This document shows positions 26,864 to 32,000 of a stretch of 32,000 nt of DNA, one piece after another. Made by a program: the position numbers and the translations under genes. The DNA lies in NCBI GenBank assembly GCA_965224465.1, contig OZ245049.1:4890001-4922000 (forward strand), given 5' to 3'. Source of the stretch: Flavobacteriaceae bacterium (GTDB taxonomy: Bacteria; Bacteroidota; Bacteroidia; Flavobacteriales; Flavobacteriaceae). How positions within the stretch are numbered: the stretch's first letter is position 1; every line of letters begins with the position of its first letter. The notes under the pieces were generated by a model that was not told where the DNA came from, searched no databases, and saw nothing but the letters and a program-made list of their open reading frames with translations.

Positions 26864-28426
26864 TTAATTTAAACTAACATTTGTTATGACTTCTTTGGTG
26901 GACGTAACATTAAAATACCATGTAGAGTCTACGTAAGTGTCTGCTGTTCCTCCATTATCTCCAGTTGTTATTTCTATTGTAAAACCATCTGCATCTTGGT
27001 TTAATACTTGAATGTTTCTTCCATCTCTATCAGTATTCCCTTTATAACCAAACGTAATGTCGTAATAATAGCCGTTTGGATGCGGGCTTGTGAAAAGTAC
27101 AGAATACCTACCTGGATCTGTACGTGTAATACTTGCATCGGTAACATTGATATTATATCCGTTATTTAATCCGTCCCAGTTCACATGGGATGCAGCAAAA
27201 ATATAACCGATAGTTTCCTTTGTTACATTTAGCGTTGGAGTAGTGGTAGTGGTGTTAGAATTGTTGATCTGTTGCCATTTACTTCCGTCACTTTGCAATA
27301 GCAAGATGCGATTAGGTAAGAGTGTCGAAATTTCATTTCCAAACGCATCTACATAATTGTTCACAGTAATACTATTACTAGTAGGGTTTTTTATGATGTA
27401 ATTTCTCCCAGTTGTTATTGTTGCATCTGGTAGTGTAATGCTATGATTTCCACCAATTATTAGCGTGTGATGATCTTCTGATAAGGTTAAGCTTTGTGTT
27501 GTCGTAAAAATACTTGTAGAGATAGAACCATTTACTTGTAGCGTGGAATTTGCGATGTTATATCCAATATTGGCATCGTCACCATAATCGGTAACTATGG
27601 GTCTAGCTACAGGATTTATATTAATTCCAAACCTTGTTTTAGCATCTGCACTGTTACTGCTTCCTTGAACTCTGAATAGTTCTGAATGTGATTTGCTATT
27701 TCGATAGTCATAGCGCTTAAATATAATTGGTTCTGCACCATCATCTCCTATTATAAATTCTAAGCGTCCTTCATTTAGAGGACCCGCAGAACCTATTTCA
27801 AATAAATCGGATTTTCCAGAACTTCCTTTTAAACGAAAACTTCCATTGGTGGTTGTAAAAAACATGGGCTTGTAAAAATCAGCTTCAGAAGCCGCAAATT
27901 GTAATGCAGCTGTATTTCCATCTCCATTTAAATGTACAATTGCTTGATCGCTATTGTCATAATCTAAATAGGCAGCGACCAATCCTAAGGTCGCTCTTCG
28001 CCCAAATTCTAACATGGGTAAATTATTGGAGCGAATTTGCATCTTAGTGTCGTTGATGGTTCCTAAAAAATGAGCACCGCCCGGTGTAGGATTATTTCCA
28101 CTTAATAACCAATTGGTGTTTCCTGTTAAATTATCTACATATTGTTTGGTAGCAGCATCGTTTGGATTTATGGGCAATGCTAAGTTTGTTATTTTTAGGT
28201 TATTGGCGTCATTTGCTTGTTCCAATATTTCTTTTAAATTTTTATTGATAGGGTGGTAGCTGCCATTACTGAGTCCTATATAAATTACATGACTTGTTTC
28301 ATGTATGTATAGGTCTCCTTCTCCTGCATTGATTCCTGCCAAGACTTCAACATTTGTAACTGTTTTTTGAGCGGTTGTTATACCGATTCCTAAAATAGAA
28401 AAAATAATAATAAGTAAGTGTTTCAT
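26864..28426 (-). CDS. Secreted tail-fibre-like protein, 520 aa
   Basis: Signal peptide MKHLLIIIFSILGIGITTAQ. The N-terminal ~140 aa is homologous to the 716-aa protein (AGEGDLY, NKNLKEILEQANDANNLKITNL, DAATKQYVD, WLLSGNNPT..FLGTINDT). The C-terminal ~90 aa is homologous to the 296-aa protein. Confidence 0.75.
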   Translation of the reverse strand: MKHLLIIIFSILGIGITTAQKTVTNVEVLAGINAGEGDLYIHETSHVIYIGLSNGSYHPINKNLKEILEQANDANNLKITNLALPINPNDAATKQYVDNLTGNTNWLLSGNNPTPGGAHFLGTINDTKMQIRSNNLPMLEFGRRATLGLVAAYLDYDNSDQAIVHLNGDGNTAALQFAASEADFYKPMFFTTTNGSFRLKGSSGKSDLFEIGSAGPLNEGRLEFIIGDDGAEPIIFKRYDYRNSKSHSELFRVQGSSNSADAKTRFGININPVARPIVTDYGDDANIGYNIANSTLQVNGSISTSIFTTTQSLTLSEDHHTLIIGGNHSITLPDATITTGRNYIIKNPTSNSITVNNYVDAFGNEISTLLPNRILLLQSDGSKWQQINNSNTTTTTPTLNVTKETIGYIFAASHVNWDGLNNGYNINVTDASITRTDPGRYSVLFTSPHPNGYYYDITFGYKGNTDRDGRNIQVLNQDADGFTIEITTGDNGGTADTYVDSTWYFNVTSTKEVITNVSLN

Positions 28427-28510
28427 ATTTATTAATTTTAATGGATATGTTTATTTTTAATTAGATTAACATATTTGATCTAGGAATTTGTTTTTAGTAG
28501 TTATTAAGGT

Positions 28511-30661
28511 TTAAATGCCAGTTGGTGTAGCGCATACATCAAAACTCCAACCGCCTGAAATGCTATTGTTTGTTTCTGTCTTACAATTTGTATTCCCAAA
28601 AGAATACATTTCAAAAGAATAAGTTCCTATAGGAAGTTTATATTTTCTACTAGCACTGCAGGTGTCTGCAATGAATAGTGTTGGAGAAAATTTACCGTTT
28701 AGATGTGAAGGTAAATCGTTTATAGACGTCATTTGGTTTATTAGAGTGGTGCTTCCCGTAATATAGACTAATACACCTCTAAAATTATTGACTTTATCAA
28801 GTTTTTCAATGGTATAGGTAAAAATATAATCAAGAGATACAATACTTTCTTCTTCTAATGTTAGGGTGAGTTTAGAGACGAGTTCGTTATTATTTAACTG
28901 AGACCATGCCTGAGTACCGGAACTTTCAGATGTTAAGAGTTGTAATGTTTTTTCTTTTCTGTAAATTCCGTTGTCCGTTCCTATTACGATACTATTATTT
29001 GCATCATTACTTATTAGAGGACGCCAAGCTGTTCCAGTACCTGTAGAAGAAAGAATATCATTTGTGGCACCTGGGCTGGTACTACTGTCTATATAGCTTC
29101 CAGATACGGAAAGGTCTCCGGTGACTTGCGTATTGTTTTGTAATTGAATACCTGTTGCTCCAGCTATTTGGATATTGCCTGCTGTGGATCTTAGTTGAAT
29201 CAAGTTTTCACCAAAGGTCCTAAAATTTTTAAAATTATTAATTAAGGTCGTACCTATATTAGTTATTGTTGAAGAACTATTTGTAATGGTTGAACTACTA
29301 TTGGTCGTGATTGATGCACTGTTCGTGATAGTTGTACCACTGTTAGTTATGGTTGTCCCAGTATTGACTATAGTTGCAGCAGTACTTGTTATCGTTGGAG
29401 CTTTATTGGATATGTTAGTTTCAGCTTCATTTTCTATTTTTGTTACTTTAAATAGAAGTCGTTTTATCCCTCTGAAATATAAATTATTTTTATTTCCATA
29501 AAGAGTTCTGTGGGATGTAAGCGTCCCATTGGATATAAATATATTGGATGATGAATTATTAATCCATTTTGTACCAACATTTGTTGAACTTAATATTTGC
29601 CCTGCGATTCCTCTATCTCCTTGACTATCTCTCAGTATTTTTTTTACCCAAAGGTTTTCTTCAAAAGTACTGTTGTCATAAAAAAGAATACCAGATGAAC
29701 CCCACATTTGTGTATAACCAGCAGATGTGTTTATTTGTGTATTACCTGTAGCAGTAAGTAACAGGCTAGAGGAATCAATTGAATAGTTATTAATGGCACT
29801 AAACGATAGGTCGTTATTTTGTCCTTTTAGGCTTCTATTTGAAGTTAAAAGGCCACTGGTATTGTAAATGTTTTTTGAAGAGTTTTGTGTAACCCAATCA
29901 GTACCCGTTGCTGTAGAACTTAATATCTGTCCAGAAATTCCTGCATCACCGTCTTTATCTTTAAAGGCGTTGTTTACTTGTAGGTCTCCTGCAATATGTA
30001 GTTTTGCTTGTGGGTCGGTTGTATTTATTCCTATATTTCCGCCACTTTTTAAAAACAATCGAGAATTAAAAACACCAGATTCTTCAAAGTTTAGTCCGTT
30101 GGGGAGTAGGTTCCAATCCCATTTTGCGACTCCTGAAGCGTCCTCAAATGCTAATACTTCGTTTCCGTTTGCTCTTAGTACCAAAGGATGATCTTTATAG
30201 GTTGTTGCTTGGTTTATGAGTACCTGGCCTTTATTATTTACCAGTCGTAATTTTTCTACGCTATTTGATTTTAAAATAAGGTCTTGAGCATTTGTAGTCC
30301 CAATATAATTAGCATTTGTCGTAGGCGTATTTCCTGTTAATTTCCATGCTTTATTATTTGAAATATCTACGTATTCTTTGGTGACAGCATCTTTAGGATT
30401 TGTAGGGGTACCTAGGTTTGTTATTTTTAGAGCATTCGCATCATTTGCCTCTGCTAAAATTTCTTTTAAATTCTTATTTATAGGTTGAAAAGTACCATCA
30501 GTGAGTCCAATATAAATAATATTGGTAAACTTGTGTTTGTAGAGGTCTCCTTCTCCTGCATCTTTTGCAGCTATGTTGATGTTTGTTATTTCTTTTAAAT
30601 TCTGTGCAGTTGTATTTGTAATAGTAAAGAATAAAAGAATAAGGGGTATAACGTATTTCAT
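28511..30661 (-). CDS. Secreted tail-fibre-like protein, 716 aa, with internal repeats
   Basis: Signal peptide MKYVIPLILLFFTITNTTAQ. Motifs DAVTKEYVD, WKLTGNTPT..YIGTTNAQDLILKSN and GGNIGINTTDPQAKLHIAG. Three copies of G-x-x-G/N-Q/D-ILSST-x-x-GT-x-W. Eight TITNSxx heptads. Unique Cys-containing C-terminal domain. Confidence 0.78.
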   Translation of the reverse strand: MKYVIPLILLFFTITNTTAQNLKEITNINIAAKDAGEGDLYKHKFTNIIYIGLTDGTFQPINKNLKEILAEANDANALKITNLGTPTNPKDAVTKEYVDISNNKAWKLTGNTPTTNANYIGTTNAQDLILKSNSVEKLRLVNNKGQVLINQATTYKDHPLVLRANGNEVLAFEDASGVAKWDWNLLPNGLNFEESGVFNSRLFLKSGGNIGINTTDPQAKLHIAGDLQVNNAFKDKDGDAGISGQILSSTATGTDWVTQNSSKNIYNTSGLLTSNRSLKGQNNDLSFSAINNYSIDSSSLLLTATGNTQINTSAGYTQMWGSSGILFYDNSTFEENLWVKKILRDSQGDRGIAGQILSSTNVGTKWINNSSSNIFISNGTLTSHRTLYGNKNNLYFRGIKRLLFKVTKIENEAETNISNKAPTITSTAATIVNTGTTITNSGTTITNSASITTNSSSTITNSSSTITNIGTTLINNFKNFRTFGENLIQLRSTAGNIQIAGATGIQLQNNTQVTGDLSVSGSYIDSSTSPGATNDILSSTGTGTAWRPLISNDANNSIVIGTDNGIYRKEKTLQLLTSESSGTQAWSQLNNNELVSKLTLTLEEESIVSLDYIFTYTIEKLDKVNNFRGVLVYITGSTTLINQMTSINDLPSHLNGKFSPTLFIADTCSASRKYKLPIGTYSFEMYSFGNTNCKTETNNSISGGWSFDVCATPTGI
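29246..29401 (-). repeat. In-frame 21-bp imperfect tandem repeat (eight heptads of consensus T-I-T-N-S-x-x, the last degenerate) inside the 716-aa gene
   Basis: The translation reads TITSTAA TIVNTGT TITNSGT TITNSAS ITTNSSS TITNSSS TITNIGT TLINNFK. The nucleotide copies are diverged. Confidence 0.8.
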
Positions 30662-30925
30662 GATTAAAAACTTATTAGGGATAAAATTTTTTGGGATAGT
30701 TTTTTTTTGATGGTTAGATCAAATTTAGGAATCGGGTAGATAAAGTAAATGATTCCTGTTGTTATTGTTTGTTATTGATTTGTATATATGTAATCTTAAG
30801 TTTAATCTAAAAAATGAATCAGTAGTGAAAAATAGATATGTAATCGGGGTAATTAATATCTAAGATAATAAGGATAACCTTTGTTTGTTATAAAGGGTAT
30901 TGCTACTTTTTTTTAGACTTTAAAT

Positions 30926-30961
30926 AAAAAAAAGGGTGCATTGTCTAATGCACCCTTTTTT
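30926..30961. terminator. Bidirectional rho-independent terminator after the 3' end of the partial fibre-like gene
   Basis: A8-GGGTGCATT-GTCT-AATGCACCC-T6. A 9-bp GC-containing stem flanked by A- and T-runs, 5 nt downstream of the stop at 30966. Confidence 0.88.
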
Positions 30962-30965
30962 AAAA

Positions 30966-32000
30966 TTATATTTTTTCTATTAGAAGAGATGATCCATTTT
31001 GTTTGGTTGTTAAGTTAGCAGCTCCGCTATATCTATAACCTCTAACGGTTAGTACATCACCTGCATTCAATGCCATAATTTTTGTCATTGTAGCAGTAGT
31101 TCTGTTGATGTATCTATTTCTGTGATAGTTCGAACTATAGGTTCCTGGTACTACAGCTCCTCCTTTTAATAAAATATATTCAGACCCTGTACGGTTGTTA
31201 GAATTGTCTGATATTGTCAAAGTAACTCTATAAGTAACTTTGTAATTTCCAGCAACTTTTGGAGAAATAGAATTGCTTGTAAGTGTATAACCACTAGCAG
31301 AAACATCACTTATTGGTTCAATGTTTCCAAAAGTAATAATAACACCAGTAGTTTCTACATCAGAAGTTCCATCACCTGTAATGGTTGTGGTGTTTGCTGC
31401 AGCATCATATATTTCTGCTACAGAAGAGGTGAAAACGGTAGTTGCTACCCAGTTTCCTGTTCCTGCTAGAAGTGTCGGATCCCAAGCTAATACCTGCCCT
31501 GCAGTTGCACTGTTTTGATTGATGTCTTTTGCAAGTATAGTAGCATCTTTTATTTTACTAGTTGTAACAGCGTCTAGTGCTAAGTCACTGTTTTCAACAG
31601 CACCTGCGGCAATGTGTCCTGTTAGGATTCCATCTGCTTTTACTTGTAGTTTTGTAGCTGCTATTTCAATGGTTGCATTATCTACGTTTACATCTACTTT
31701 ATAATTACTAGCTGTAGTACCTGCACCTGCAACTGTTGTTGCATTACCATTGGCTAAGATAGTTTCTGAACCGTCGGCTGCTGTTACTTTTAAATCATAG
31801 TTAATTCCTGTAGGTGTAACTGTAACGGAACCGTCAGCAGAAGCTACTGTTTGGATTTCGTTAGTAGCGTTAGCATCACTGTCGTCTACATTTATTGTAA
31901 TGGCAGATTGTCCAGTTATTTTTATGTTTCCTGCGGTGTTATCTGTTGATAGGATTTGAGTTTCTGTTACTGTTAAAGTTGAAGGAGCAACAAGAATCCA
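30966..32000 (-). CDS. Large surface/fibre-like protein, 3' part only (reading frame open to the window edge), with C1q/TNF-like C-terminal head
   Basis: I translated the minus frame by hand from 31220 up to 31742 and found no stop. The ORF track's 84-aa entry only reflects the first in-frame TTG. The sequence is T/A/G/V-rich beta-repeat (..LQVKADGILTGHIAAGAVENSDLALDAVTTSKIKDATILAKDIN..GQVLAWDP..). The frame was not checked between 31743 and 32000. Confidence 0.7.
   Translation of the reverse strand, partial: WILVAPSTLTVTETQILSTDNTAGNIKITGQSAITINVDDSDANATNEIQTVASADGSVTVTPTGINYDLKVTAADGSETILANGNATTVAGAGTTASNYKVDVNVDNATIEIAATKLQVKADGILTGHIAAGAVENSDLALDAVTTSKIKDATILAKDINQNSATAGQVLAWDPTLLAGTGNWVATTVFTSSVAEIYDAAANTTTITGDGTSDVETTGVIITFGNIEPISDVSASGYTLTSNSISPKVAGNYKVTYRVTLTISDNSNNRTGSEYILLKGGAVVPGTYSSNYHRNRYINRTTATMTKIMALNAGDVLTVRGYRYSGAANLTTKQNGSSLLIEKI

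Noticed and set aside
25568-32000. Diversity-generating retroelement, shufflon or invertible-promoter control of the fibre-like genes
   Set aside because: No reverse transcriptase, template/variable repeat pair, recombinase or invertase gene was found in the window, and no long inverted repeats flank the promoters. The only inverted repeats are a terminator-like hairpin (26810-26856) and short palindromes (AAGACATGTCTT at 26757-26768, ACTGATTATCAGT at about 25423-25435). I cannot exclude elements outside the window.

Overview
AT-rich segment that looks like a Bacteroidota/Flavobacteriia chromosome (T9SS type-B sorting domain, DUF4159-rsmE synteny, TTTG/TAnnTTTG-type promoter boxes). It has three parts. 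(1) 1-5.7 kb is non-coding. It holds a hairpin-rich composite tandem array of about 3.5 units (583-590 bp each). Each unit is two ~134-bp sub-repeats, one of which carries a ~320-bp insert. An IS66-family element has inserted into the array (8-bp TSD TTCTTACT). Its tnpB is in turn split by an IS1595/ISXO2-like element (8-bp TSD TTTTATTT). The array is bracketed by ~50-bp direct repeats. Each unit embeds the 5' half of a ~150-bp dispersed element that also occurs at three other intergenic sites in the window. (2) 5.8-24.1 kb holds ordinary housekeeping and envelope genes: PPK2, DnaQ-like exonuclease, a GH3/beta-lactamase-fold fusion, DUF4159, RsmE, a GNAT-like protein, an OM beta-barrel, a YfhO-like/GT4/GT4/WecB/Wzx polysaccharide block, LysE and DinB. 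(3) 24.1-32 kb holds a T9SS type-B CTD protein followed by four same-strand secreted proteins that resemble phage tail fibres. These share modules in a mosaic pattern but carry different C-terminal head domains. The two most unusual items are the structured repeat array with its dispersed relatives (possible novel ncRNA or mobile non-coding family) and the mosaic fibre-protein cluster. I found no rRNA, tRNA or CRISPR. All product calls rest on motif recognition by eye, not on searches.
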